Below are positions 28,762-37,829 of a DNA stretch of 64,000 bases, piece by piece; positions within the stretch are counted from its first letter, which is position 1, and every line of letters begins with the position of its first letter. A program made the position numbers and the translations under genes. Below the pieces are notes generated by a model that was not told the origin of the DNA, made no database searches, and worked only from the letters and a program-made list of their open reading frames with translations. The stretch is taken from IMG/VR virus record IMGVR_UViG_3300045256_000050, positions 124,001 through 188,000 of that record. One strand, given 5' to 3'.

Positions 28762-29539
28762 CGTCAAGCTGGGCAGACACGCTCTGCATCTTGAACAGGT
28801 TACTTTCCGTCATTTCCTCGATCTTCTTCTCCATCTCCTTGTGCTGGGTGATGTCGATCAGGGTGCCCTCGATGCATTTGCCGTTGCAGTTCATGTGCAG
28901 GTGGGCGGATACCCAGATGTGACGACCGTCCTTCAGCTTCAGTTCAACCTCGTAGCCTTCGACCCGGCCGGACTTCCGCAACTTGTTCAGGAGCTTCTTC
29001 CGCTGGCCCTTATCGACGTAGAGATCGGATGTCTTCTCCTCGGCCATCAACTCTTTCACCGAGTTGTAGCCCAGCAGACCGGCACACGCCTTGTTCGCCA
29101 TCATGAACTTGCCCGACTCGATCTCCGTCCGTAGGAACGCCACCGGCGTGTCCTCGAAGAAGTTGATGTAGTTGGGGTTGTCTAGGAAGGATAGGTCGTT
29201 CTGCACGCCGATGAAGTGGGTGCATTCGCCGTTCTCGTAGAAGGGGAAGACGTGGAGTTCGATCCGTAGGTTCGTCCCGTCTTTGTGCTTATTCACCATC
29301 TCGACGACCACGGGCAACTTTTCGTCTAGGGCCGTCTTGATCTTTGCTTTCTGTTCGGTATGGTCAAAATCCTCCGAACGGAGGAAGTTGGCGTTGCGAC
29401 CCTGGGCTTCCTCTAGGGAGTAGCCGTTGAGTTCGGTAAACGCAGGGTTGACGTAGATGATTGGGTAGCCCGGACCAGTCGTCGTAATGATGATCGACTG
29501 GTATGCGGACTCGGCGTTAGTGATGAAGTCTTTTAACAT
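28736..29539 (-). CDS. Tandem PAS protein: Cys-less LOV-type domain, second PAS, coiled coil
   Basis: PIIYVNPAFTELNGYSLEEAQGRNANFL...NKHKDG...THFIGVQND; second PAS ANKA...LLGY...KDGRHIWV...DITQHK. Confidence 0.85.
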   Translation of the reverse strand: MLKDFITNAESAYQSIIITTTGPGYPIIYVNPAFTELNGYSLEEAQGRNANFLRSEDFDHTEQKAKIKTALDEKLPVVVEMVNKHKDGTNLRIELHVFPFYENGECTHFIGVQNDLSFLDNPNYINFFEDTPVAFLRTEIESGKFMMANKACAGLLGYNSVKELMAEEKTSDLYVDKGQRKKLLNKLRKSGRVEGYEVELKLKDGRHIWVSAHLHMNCNGKCIEGTLIDITQHKEMEKKIEEMTESNLFKMQSVSAQLDAKMAELCK

Positions 29540-29568
29540 ACCTTGCCCTTAAATGGTGGACAAGGTAT

Positions 29569-29955
29569 TTATGATTCCAGTTCTAGTTCGTTGATGATAA
29601 CCGTGACCTGATCTTGGAATCTAGCTACCTCAACCTGCTTCCGGCCAGGAGGGAGTTTCTGAAGGCGACTCTGGAGTTCGTCGATGTGGCAGTTGATGAC
29701 CGTCCACTCATTCCTTGCCACCTTGTTCATTTCCGCCTCCGGTGCCGCCTCCTTGCCCGGATAGTAGGCGAGCAATTGGGCTTTCGCTACCTGCAAAACC
29801 TTGCGGTATATCGGGTGGTTGCACGCACACCCCGGATTGCTCAGAAACTTCTGCACGTCCGTCAGCAGTTCCTCGGGCAAGGTACTCCTGAATCGCTGAT
29901 CCAGCAGGGCGGATTTCACGTCGGTCAACGATATTCTTCTTGATGATGCTTTCAT
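29569..29955 (-). CDS. Hypothetical protein
   Basis: 128-aa ORF, CACNH motif. Confidence 0.6.
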   Translation of the reverse strand: MKASSRRISLTDVKSALLDQRFRSTLPEELLTDVQKFLSNPGCACNHPIYRKVLQVAKAQLLAYYPGKEAAPEAEMNKVARNEWTVINCHIDELQSRLQKLPPGRKQVEVARFQDQVTVIINELELES

Positions 29956-30307
29956 TCTCTTGCTTCACTTCCGTGTGGTTACTCTCTGGGACGGCGAAGC
30001 CACGGACCGTTAGGCCACGCCCGCACTTCGGGCACTTCACCATCTTCGGCCTCGGCAGTGCCGGGCGGTTTTCCGCCTTACCTGCGGGGGACATTTTCGG
30101 AACCCCACCCGGCACGTTCGCCAACGGCACTCGGGTCATCTGTTGCAGATTGAACCCGATGTCTACCTTCTGCTTGCCGCAGCTATCGCAGTAGACGACG
30201 TACTTCTTAGGCGGTGGGCCTTTCGCCACCGGACCCATCTCCGACAGCTTCATCCCCTCCGATTGTGGCGGTGGTGTCGTGTGCATCCAAGAACTCCTTT
30301 TGAACAA
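29708..30307 (-). CDS. Zinc-ribbon hypothetical protein
   Basis: CDSC and CPKC pairs; long 3' overlap with next gene makes its extent doubtful. Confidence 0.45.
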   Translation of the reverse strand: MFKRSSWMHTTPPPQSEGMKLSEMGPVAKGPPPKKYVVYCDSCGKQKVDIGFNLQQMTRVPLANVPGGVPKMSPAGKAENRPALPRPKMVKCPKCGRGLTVRGFAVPESNHTEVKQENESIIKKNIVDRREIRPAGSAIQEYLARGTADGRAEVSEQSGVCVQPPDIPQGFAGSESPIARLLSGQGGGTGGGNEQGGKE

Positions 30308-30731
30308 GCTCGACCTTATACGACATGTATCTAGTCAGGAAGTTGCCCAAAGGTGCGAGGAACGCACCGGCCCCGCCGCTCAGCATGACGACCCAAACGT
30401 TCTCGGTCAGGAACAACGCCCCGACGAAGAAGCCGAGGAACGTGGCGGCGACCACCAACTTCGGGTGGTACTTCTTCAAGAACTTCCAGCCAACGACTGC
30501 ACCAACGGTGGCGGTGAGCAGGGTAATGGTCGTGCCCCAGAAGCCGGTGTTGAGGACGAGGCCGCAGCCCAGCCCGACCCAGGTGCCCATGCACTGATGG
30601 CAGGTGAACACGTCGAAGACTTCTTCCGGCAGCTTCGTCGCCAGCCAGTCTCGTACTTCATCAAAGACGGTGCCGTCAACGATGATGGCGGTGATGCCGA
30701 TCACGGCGAGGCAGAATAAGAATGCGGTCAT
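30207..30731 (-). CDS. Membrane protein, DUF1360-like
   Basis: VFTCHQCMGTWVG motif plus 3-4 hydrophobic segments. Confidence 0.6.
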   Translation of the reverse strand: MTAFLFCLAVIGITAIIVDGTVFDEVRDWLATKLPEEVFDVFTCHQCMGTWVGLGCGLVLNTGFWGTTITLLTATVGAVVGWKFLKKYHPKLVVAATFLGFFVGALFLTENVWVVMLSGGAGAFLAPLGNFLTRYMSYKVELVQKEFLDAHDTTATIGGDEAVGDGSGGERPTA

Positions 30732-30994
30732 TAGTCCTCCTGGGTTTCTTTATCTTCCGGGTCGATCTTCGTCGAGTTCGGAACGAAGCGTGGGAACGGA
30801 GCGTCGAAGTCCACCTTCTCGACCCGGCTCGCCTCCTTCGTGGTCGGCACGAACATCACGTCGTACTCCCCGTCAGCTTTCAACTGATCGAGCAACGCCT
30901 TGTTCTGGTTGCGGATCAGGGTGATGGTTTCGTCCACGTTCTGCCCCTGCTCGGGGAAGAAGTTGATGTAGAAGACGATGAATCCTTTTTTCAT
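30731..30994 (-). CDS. Hypothetical protein
   Basis: Coupled TAATG; GAGG RBS. Confidence 0.55.
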   Translation of the reverse strand: MKKGFIVFYINFFPEQGQNVDETITLIRNQNKALLDQLKADGEYDVMFVPTTKEASRVEKVDFDAPFPRFVPNSTKIDPEDKETQED

Positions 30995-31009
30995 TTTTGC
31001 CTCGTAGAA

Positions 31010-31378
31010 TTAACGCCAGAAGGATATGTAAAGGTACTGGTCATCTCGCCAAGTTGCACAATAATCAAACCCGATTACTTCGCAGAGTTCATCGCACAAC
31101 TTGTCGAGCGGTATCCTTACGTTACGCACGATATCATAGTGTAACTTCTCCACGAACACCCGTTCTCCGAAGAACTCCTCTAACTTCTGGATGTCTTCCG
31201 GCCGAAGGCTGTTCATGAAATCGAGCATTGCCGCCTTCCCCATCTGTCGCATGAATGGGAACTGCTTGGCGATCCGCCACTGCTCGTAGTAGCTAAACAA
31301 CTCGGGATTCAGGGAGTTTACCAGTTCCCTGTCCGACAAAATTAGTTCTTCGACGTTCGAGAAATTGACTTCGATCAT
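31010..31378 (-). CDS. Hypothetical protein
   Basis: GAGG RBS, 122 aa. Confidence 0.55.
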   Translation of the reverse strand: MIEVNFSNVEELILSDRELVNSLNPELFSYYEQWRIAKQFPFMRQMGKAAMLDFMNSLRPEDIQKLEEFFGERVFVEKLHYDIVRNVRIPLDKLCDELCEVIGFDYCATWRDDQYLYISFWR

Positions 31379-31422
31379 ACTTGATTACCTCAGACCTTCC
31401 ATAAGAATAGTAAGGAGAGTAC

Positions 31423-32601
31423 ATGGCAGACGACGTTTTCCGTCAGACTCGCAGAAAGATCACTGCGGATGAAGCTCGGCTACAGCAGCAACAACCGCCC
31501 GTTCCCCAGCAGCCTGTTGCGCCGCCGATGGGCGATGCGGCAGGTGTGAATCCGATGGATCGCATCCGCCAGATTCAGGAAGAAATGGCAGCAGACGGTG
31601 GTGAAGAACAGGTCGAGAAGTTCCAGCAGACCCCGTTCCGTCAGAACCCGGACTCCGGGTTCCAGATGTCCGGCAACATCCCGCCGGGCCTCCAAGAAGC
31701 CTTCGCCCGTCGTGGGCAACAAGCCCCGCCGTCCGCAGCACCGACTCCGGGCAACGTGAGTAAGAAGGGGCCGCAGCCTCGGGTCATCCCGATGAACCAG
31801 AACAGCGACCCGAACAGTGACGCCCTGGAAGCCTTGCTCGAACAGCTTGGCGGCAGCCTCACCTGGGATAAGGTCGAACTCCCGTCGAAGGGCAAGTTCT
31901 ACGACGGCATCCCCGGCACGCTGCACATCCGCCCGATGACGGGTGAAGAAGAACAAATCTTGGCGACCCCTCGGCACGTCCGTCGTGGTAAGGCCATCGA
32001 CATGATCTTCCAGAAGTGTATCAAGGAGAACATCGACACGGAGCAGTTGTTGTCTATGGACCGCACCTACCTGTTGATCTTCCTTCGTGGTATCTCCTAC
32101 ACCCCTGAGTACGACGTTGAAGTGAAGTGTCCCGAGTGTGCCACCAAGTTCAACACGATGATCGACCTGAACGCCATCGAAGTCGATGGGTGCCCGGCCG
32201 ACTTCGGCGTTGAGCAACTGCAAGGCGTACTCCCGACGACCGGGTTCCGGTTCAAGTACCGTCTCTCGACGGGTAAGGACGAACTGGCCGTCAACAAGTA
32301 CCGTGAGGATCGGGTCAAGATGTTCGGCGACCAGAGCGAGGACGACACGCTGCTGTACCGGACGGCTCTCATGCTCGAAGAGATCGAGGGCGTGACCGAC
32401 ACCCGTGAGATCAAGTTCCTGTTGGCGAAGCTGCCGATCAACGACGTGGCTCACCTTCGGAACGTCGTGTCCGACCCGCCGTTCGGCGTGGACACGGCCA
32501 TCGGGATGTCCTGCCCGGCCTGCACCGCTGAGTTCGAGGTAGACCTGCCTCTCGAAGCAAATTTTTTCTTCCCCAGGAAGAAGAAGCAGACCCATCAGTA
32601 A
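31423..32601 (+). CDS. g26: Baseplate hub assembly protein gp26-like with disordered Q/P-rich N-terminus
   Basis: VELPSKGKFY...IRPMTGEEEQIL...DRTYLLIFLRGISY...CPEC...CPAC...LEANFFF. Confidence 0.75.
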   Translation: MADDVFRQTRRKITADEARLQQQQPPVPQQPVAPPMGDAAGVNPMDRIRQIQEEMAADGGEEQVEKFQQTPFRQNPDSGFQMSGNIPPGLQEAFARRGQQAPPSAAPTPGNVSKKGPQPRVIPMNQNSDPNSDALEALLEQLGGSLTWDKVELPSKGKFYDGIPGTLHIRPMTGEEEQILATPRHVRRGKAIDMIFQKCIKENIDTEQLLSMDRTYLLIFLRGISYTPEYDVEVKCPECATKFNTMIDLNAIEVDGCPADFGVEQLQGVLPTTGFRFKYRLSTGKDELAVNKYREDRVKMFGDQSEDDTLLYRTALMLEEIEGVTDTREIKFLLAKLPINDVAHLRNVVSDPPFGVDTAIGMSCPACTAEFEVDLPLEANFFFPRKKKQTHQ

Positions 32602-32618
32602 TACTGTGGCAAACGCTC

Positions 32619-32777
32619 ATGGAGGAGCTATTTTTCTTCCAGTACCATATGCACATGAGCAAGAAAGACTGCATGACGCTGCCTGTGCATGAACGAAAGT
32701 GGTTGATCCAACGCTTCATCGACCAGAAGAAAAAGGAGAATGAGGCAATCGAGAAGGCGAAGCGAAAGAAGAAGTAA
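32619..32777 (+). CDS. gp51-like small ORF in the -1 frame of gp26 (not in the ORF track)
   Basis: MEELFFFQYHMHMSKKDCMTLPVHERKWLIQRFIDQKKKENE resembles the gp51 pattern; frame open back to slippery site at 32559. Confidence 0.65.
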   Translation: MEELFFFQYHMHMSKKDCMTLPVHERKWLIQRFIDQKKKENEAIEKAKRKKK

Positions 32778-33184
32778 TGTGTGACTGTTGGTTTAGCTGT
32801 AACGGATGTAATCGAGGATACGTCCCGAATATCACAGACGTTTTCGACTGCCCCTCCAAAGAGGAGCGGGAGTTGATGTCTGAAGGAGTCCGTTTGTTTA
32901 AGAACCGCAACGTCTGGCTGCGAAAGCACAACCAGAGAAAGTTTAACCAGCGTATGAAGTGGTACGAGGAGATGGAGAAGACCGGCGAAATGCCGGACGC
33001 CATGATCCAAGACATGCAAGACGCTGCCCACCGTAACGCAGGCCACGAGCCGGAACCCGCTTGTAACAAGCGATGGACGAGGATGGAAGTGATGTCGCAA
33101 CCCGGCACGTCCTTCCTCTACCGGACCGACGCTGGTCTGTCATTTCTGAACCACCCTCCAGGGTGGGATAACTCCCTGATTTGA
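32777..33184 (+). CDS. Hypothetical protein with N-terminal Cys cluster
   Basis: MCDC...CNGCN; coupled TAATG. Confidence 0.5.
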   Translation: MCDCWFSCNGCNRGYVPNITDVFDCPSKEERELMSEGVRLFKNRNVWLRKHNQRKFNQRMKWYEEMEKTGEMPDAMIQDMQDAAHRNAGHEPEPACNKRWTRMEVMSQPGTSFLYRTDAGLSFLNHPPGWDNSLI

Positions 33185-33215
33185 AAGTCGGAAAGACTCG
33201 AAAGGAACGAAAGCA

Positions 33216-33953
33216 ATGGCAAGAAAGCAAAGATACCAGAACCCTGCCGTGGGCGACCAGATTGAACTTCGGATGCTCACGTTCAACTCTAACAACCTCG
33301 CCGACGTTACAGTTGAGCAGGTGGACGTATACTACCTCGATCCGCAAGCCAAGACCGCTGACAATCCTGACGGGAGACGACTCCTCGATACGATCTCCGG
33401 GGACGCTGTTACGGCCGAGGACACGGGGCAGTATATGTTCATCCTCTCTGCTGACTCCCCGAAGTATTTGATCGGGAAGTACATTGACGTATGGACGATT
33501 CGCACGTCGCAGGACATGCCTGCGTCCACGATCAATAACTACTTTGAAATCTTTCCCCAATTGTGGTACACTTCGCCTGTACCGATTGTTTACGATTTCA
33601 GTTTTCACTTCCAACCAAATCGTCTGCGGCAGGGTTCTCGGCAATATCTCATGGTCGAAGTGATCCCGAACGTTCCACGTTCGACCGATCTCGCCCGATA
33701 CTACACCAACCTCGCCATCGGTGCTGATCTCAGCATCACCATTGAACAACAATGCGGCGACTGCGTGCCGAAGGAGCGTGATCTGCGGGTCGTTGTAGAC
33801 GATGAGCCACTGACGCACCGAGAGAAGTGTTTCGGGTACTACCAGTTGGACACGGAAGAGATGGAATGTGGCATCTACGACGTTACGTTCAAGATGGAGT
33901 TCGGCGGGAACGTATACCTCTCGGACCGTATGCAACTCCAAATCTACAAGTAA
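33216..33953 (+). CDS. Hypothetical beta-rich, probably baseplate/structural protein
   Basis: AAGGA RBS; Ig-like strand pattern; structural context. Confidence 0.55.
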   Translation: MARKQRYQNPAVGDQIELRMLTFNSNNLADVTVEQVDVYYLDPQAKTADNPDGRRLLDTISGDAVTAEDTGQYMFILSADSPKYLIGKYIDVWTIRTSQDMPASTINNYFEIFPQLWYTSPVPIVYDFSFHFQPNRLRQGSRQYLMVEVIPNVPRSTDLARYYTNLAIGADLSITIEQQCGDCVPKERDLRVVVDDEPLTHREKCFGYYQLDTEEMECGIYDVTFKMEFGGNVYLSDRMQLQIYK

Positions 33954-33954
33954 C

Positions 33955-34566
33955 ATGGCAAAGAAAACAAACCCCAAGTCCGAGATGAGGAAGCTGAAGA
34001 AGGCTCTCCTCGAACCGACCAACACCGTCTTGGTCGAGAACTGTAAGCCGGTCAACGGCCGAAGCATGGGCATCGGTCGCAAGGGCGACCCCTGTATCAC
34101 GTTCGCACGGAAGTTCCGCTGGACGCTGGCGAGCGAAGGGCTGCCCGAACACTTCTTCAACAAGGTGAAGATCGACTACAAGAATAAGACCATCGACTTC
34201 GATTACCTGGACGTGACGGACGGCAAGGAGGGCTTCCACGCCCATGCCTGGGCCGACAACCTGGACAACCGGCCGCAAACCACCCTGACCCTGAAGACTT
34301 ACGACGGCTGCGGCCGGACGCTGTACACCGTTGTGTTCAAACAGTTGAGGTTGTTGGGGTTCAAGGCCGATTTCGACTACGCAGTCAGCGACCCTTCCGA
34401 GAGCAAGATCAGTGTCGCTTACAACACACTAATACGAGAGGTTCATCATGAAGAAGGGAACGATAACAAGGAAAGTGGATGTGACGGTTTCACCTGCGAA
34501 GAACAGCGGCCTGTCACTGAAGGACTCAAAGTGGATAAGCCCCGAGCCAAAGGTCGTCGAGGTTAA
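33955..34566 (+). CDS. Diverged tail tube-fold paralog
   Basis: MGIG...TFARKFRW...LKTYDGCG. Confidence 0.6.
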   Translation: MAKKTNPKSEMRKLKKALLEPTNTVLVENCKPVNGRSMGIGRKGDPCITFARKFRWTLASEGLPEHFFNKVKIDYKNKTIDFDYLDVTDGKEGFHAHAWADNLDNRPQTTLTLKTYDGCGRTLYTVVFKQLRLLGFKADFDYAVSDPSESKISVAYNTLIREVHHEEGNDNKESGCDGFTCEEQRPVTEGLKVDKPRAKGRRG

Positions 34567-35035
34567 TGAGGCGAACACGCCCAACACGGATCGTTACTTG
34601 GTAATTCCTAAGTCCGCTCCGAATCTTCAGTCACACATCCGGGCCGGTGCCTGGGACGTGATGAACAAGACACTCAGCGTGTCTATCACTGAGACAAAAG
34701 ACTTGTTCGTCCTCGAATGGCTCGCCGCCGTGAACAGCCGCCGCAAGGCAGCAGAGAAGAGTCCGTTCCCCGACTTCGAGTACGACCAGATCGCCCTCGT
34801 CTTCCTCACCGGAGACGGTGGCCGGATCGTCGGCTTGAAGCTGAAGGGGATCGAACTGGTGAGCCACACAAGCTCCTTCGGCGGGGCACCGAGGAACCTG
34901 ACCCACGAAGTCCTCTTCAAGTATGAGAAGACGGAGAAGATCGTCTTCAACGTCGAAGACAAACCCCTCCCGCCAGACAACGAACTGGCCGACGAGGAGT
35001 GGTCAACGGTCGAACTAGAACCCAAGACCAAGTAA
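34448..35035 (+). CDS. Hypothetical protein, possibly a highly diverged tube-fold protein
   Basis: TLSVSITETKDLFVLEWL...IALVFL pattern resembles the gp19 core; weak. Confidence 0.4.
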   Translation: MKKGTITRKVDVTVSPAKNSGLSLKDSKWISPEPKVVEVNEANTPNTDRYLVIPKSAPNLQSHIRAGAWDVMNKTLSVSITETKDLFVLEWLAAVNSRRKAAEKSPFPDFEYDQIALVFLTGDGGRIVGLKLKGIELVSHTSSFGGAPRNLTHEVLFKYEKTEKIVFNVEDKPLPPDNELADEEWSTVELEPKTK

Positions 35036-35040
35036 ACGAA

Positions 35041-35071
35041 GAAGCCGGGCATTGCCCGGCTTCCTTTATTT
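35041..35071. terminator. Terminator between convergent genes
   Basis: GAAGCCGGGC-ATT-GCCCGGCTTC then CTTTATTT. Confidence 0.75.
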
Positions 35072-35410
35072 CGTGATCTTCCCTGGCCGGGGACGAGATA
35101 CGGTGTGAACTTCGTGGGTGCCGTCGAAGTCATCCGGGCAGGTGAACTCCCAACACCACTGCGGGTAGTAGTTGGTCGGGATCGTGCCCTCAATGAAGTA
35201 CCCGAAGTGGTGGTTGCACCGCCACTTCACGTCGTTAACGAACCACACCTTAACCACAACCCGGTCGCCGGGGCTGACCTTGATCGAGAACGTCGTGTCC
35301 TCGTTGCACACCTTCGTGTGGGTGGTTTCGTTGTTGATCTTCGTGTAAACGCAGCGGTGGCAGTTTCCGACCGGCGGCAGGTCGGGCAAATCGATGGTGA
35401 ACGTGTACAT
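35066..35410 (-). CDS. Hypothetical protein
   Basis: GGAGGGAG RBS; 114 aa. Confidence 0.55.
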   Translation of the reverse strand: MYTFTIDLPDLPPVGNCHRCVYTKINNETTHTKVCNEDTTFSIKVSPGDRVVVKVWFVNDVKWRCNHHFGYFIEGTIPTNYYPQWCWEFTCPDDFDGTHEVHTVSRPRPGKITK

Positions 35411-35455
35411 TTTCTCCCTCCGATTTTATGTATGCGAAGCTTACTCTATTAGTTC

Positions 35456-36013
35456 ATGACCGAATTCAACTCTGACGATTTCGAAGTAGACGACCTGATG
35501 GCGGAACAGGCCAAGAAGAAAAAGAAGCTCAACTCCAAGAAGAAGGGCAACCGGGTGGAGTTGGGGCTGTGTAAGGTACTGACCGAACATTTCGGTTGTT
35601 CCTTCTCCCGTAGCGTAGGCTCGGGGAACGGCTGGGGCCGTGGTGTTAATCTACCGTCCCACGCCAAGACGACGTTCACGGGCGACATCTGCCCGCCCGA
35701 GGGCTTCCTGTGGGTGATCGAATCCAAAGGCGGCTACGAGGACGACATTGACCTGAACGCCATTATCGGCGAGAATAACAGCCAACTCCAGAAGTTCATC
35801 AATCAGGTGATGGACGACCACGGGCGGTGCGGCCGTAAGCCCATCGTCGTTTGGAAACGCTCCCGTAAGCCCGCCCTGGCTATGATCCAACAACAGGAAC
35901 TCCCGGCCGGGTACGACAAGGACCGGATGTTCTGGAACGGCTGGGTCATCGTCAACCTCGTTGATCTTCTGCAAGGCACACCACGAACCTACTGGTTCGA
36001 AGAGGGAAAGTAA
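35456..36013 (+). CDS. Holliday junction resolvase-like PD-(D/E)xK nuclease
   Basis: SKKKGNRVE...SVGSG...GDI...VIESK. Confidence 0.75.
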   Translation: MTEFNSDDFEVDDLMAEQAKKKKKLNSKKKGNRVELGLCKVLTEHFGCSFSRSVGSGNGWGRGVNLPSHAKTTFTGDICPPEGFLWVIESKGGYEDDIDLNAIIGENNSQLQKFINQVMDDHGRCGRKPIVVWKRSRKPALAMIQQQELPAGYDKDRMFWNGWVIVNLVDLLQGTPRTYWFEEGK

Positions 36014-37053
36014 TGAATCTCAAAGGGCGTCTGATCGCCGTCGATTTCGATGGCACTATTGTCGAACACGAATTCCCGAGGATCGGGAAGCCGAAGCCTG
36101 GGGCCATTGAAACCCTCAAGGCGTTGATGGCCGCAGGGGCGAAGCTCATCCTGAACACTTGCCGTGAAGACGAAGGCAACAAGAAGTTTCTGACCGAAGC
36201 TGTTGACTTCTGTAAGAAACACGGCGTCGAGTTCGTCAGCGTGAATGAGAACCGCCTGGAGGACGACTTCCGGGACGACGAGCGTTACCTGCGTCGGAAG
36301 CCCTACGCCCACATCTACATCGACGACCGGAACTTCGGCGGCTTCCCCGGCTGGGACGTGATCGGCAAGGTGTTGTTGCAGGACTACGTTTACTCCGGCA
36401 CGCTCAACGACGTGGAGACGCAGAAGCGATGGAAACAGATTGACGAACAAGCTGGCGTCGGCGAAACCAAGAAGGCATACGCCCACCGGCTGCGGGACGG
36501 GTGGTTCGAGAAGTACGCCCCGGAGGATCAGCCGGGCATCGACATCGGCTGCCAGCACGACCCGCTCAACCAGACGTTCCGCCGGTACGACCTGATCTTC
36601 GGCGACTCGGACGCCCAGCAGATGTTCGGGGTGCCCGACGAGAGCTTCTTCACCGTGTACGCCAGCCACGTTCTTGAACACATCAAGAACCCGGCCGAAG
36701 CTCTCCAGAACTGGTGGCGGATTCTGAAGCCGGGAGGCCACCTGATCGTCATGGTGCCGCACCGGGACCGCTACGAGAAGAAGAAGGAACTGCCGAGCTA
36801 CTGGAACCACGACCACAAGTGGTTCTTCATGCCCACGGAGAGCGAAGCCCCATGCACCATCGGCGTCCTGCCGTTGTTGATGAAGACCATCCCAGGGGGC
36901 GAACTGGTTTCACTGACGGTACTGGACGAGGGCTGGGTGGAAACCCCGCCGGACCAGCACGCCGTCGGCGAGTTCTCCATCGAAGCGATCATCCGCAAGC
37001 CGCTGCCCCAGGTCGCACAAAAGGACCGTCAAATCATCCCGATGAGCCGCTAA
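36013..37053 (+). CDS. Fusion of a HAD-family phosphatase and a class I SAM methyltransferase
   Basis: IAVDFDGT...LNTCRE...RKPYAHIYIDDR; GIDIGC...ASHVLEH...WWRILKPGG. Confidence 0.8.
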   Translation: MNLKGRLIAVDFDGTIVEHEFPRIGKPKPGAIETLKALMAAGAKLILNTCREDEGNKKFLTEAVDFCKKHGVEFVSVNENRLEDDFRDDERYLRRKPYAHIYIDDRNFGGFPGWDVIGKVLLQDYVYSGTLNDVETQKRWKQIDEQAGVGETKKAYAHRLRDGWFEKYAPEDQPGIDIGCQHDPLNQTFRRYDLIFGDSDAQQMFGVPDESFFTVYASHVLEHIKNPAEALQNWWRILKPGGHLIVMVPHRDRYEKKKELPSYWNHDHKWFFMPTESEAPCTIGVLPLLMKTIPGGELVSLTVLDEGWVETPPDQHAVGEFSIEAIIRKPLPQVAQKDRQIIPMSR

Positions 37054-37060
37054 ATAGCGT

Positions 37061-37627
37061 ATGCTCACGTTCAAGAAGTTCATGATGGCTGAGGCAAACC
37101 CCATTGCGGCGATGCCTCAGCCCGGTGTTAAAGCAACTCAGCTAGACCCAGCCTCCATGAAGGCTATCACCAACTACCTGTCGCAGATCGAGGCGGCAGG
37201 TTATCGTCTTCTTGTTCACCAAACCGACTACGAGACGGCCCACAAGATCACCCAGGGCCAAACCTTCGGCCACATGGGCGTCCACGGCACGGCTCTGTTC
37301 ACAAACTCGGCCAAGCTGGCGGCACAGATTCAGGGCATGAACGCCGCCCACACGGCCGGACAGGCTGGGGATTGGGACACCTACCGCCACCACGCAGGTA
37401 CAAACAACATCCACAAGGGGTCAGACGCCATCGTGGTGATGGCGATCCCGGTAAAGTCGGCAAAGGGGTCTACGATGGGCCTGGACGACGTGTTGGCAGA
37501 TTTGTTCGGAGCAGGCAAGATCAAGCAGGTTGGAGTACCCAACAACTACATCGTTGGGTACTGGAACACGTTGACGGGGCAGTTCGCAGGCAACGCTCGG
37601 TTCAAGCCGGACGGGACTCTTCCGTAA
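37061..37627 (+). CDS. Hypothetical protein, candidate capsid-internal protein
   Basis: N-terminus MLTFKKFMMAE; TAAATA 4 nt upstream. Confidence 0.65.
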   Translation: MLTFKKFMMAEANPIAAMPQPGVKATQLDPASMKAITNYLSQIEAAGYRLLVHQTDYETAHKITQGQTFGHMGVHGTALFTNSAKLAAQIQGMNAAHTAGQAGDWDTYRHHAGTNNIHKGSDAIVVMAIPVKSAKGSTMGLDDVLADLFGAGKIKQVGVPNNYIVGYWNTLTGQFAGNARFKPDGTLP

Positions 37628-37829
37628 CAGGCTCGAACCCGCCGTGCTTGCCGCTGGTAAAGACTTCTTCGCCAACGAGATCGTCGTAGAATTTGGACTC
37701 TACGCTCTCGTCGTCAACGAACGTCACTTCCACGATCTTCCCGAGCATCCTCGGGTGGCAGTTACCGACGACCTTGACCTTCTGGCCCACGGTCGGCCGG
37801 AAGCCGTTGTTCATCGGGGTCGTGTTCAC
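37602..37829 (-). CDS. Small KOW/SH3-like hypothetical protein
   Basis: PTVGQKVKVVG...GKIVEV; GGGGAG RBS before GTG. Confidence 0.45.
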   Translation of the reverse strand: MNTTPMNNGFRPTVGQKVKVVGNCHPRMLGKIVEVTFVDDESVESKFYDDLVGEEVFTSGKHGGFEPVTEESRPA

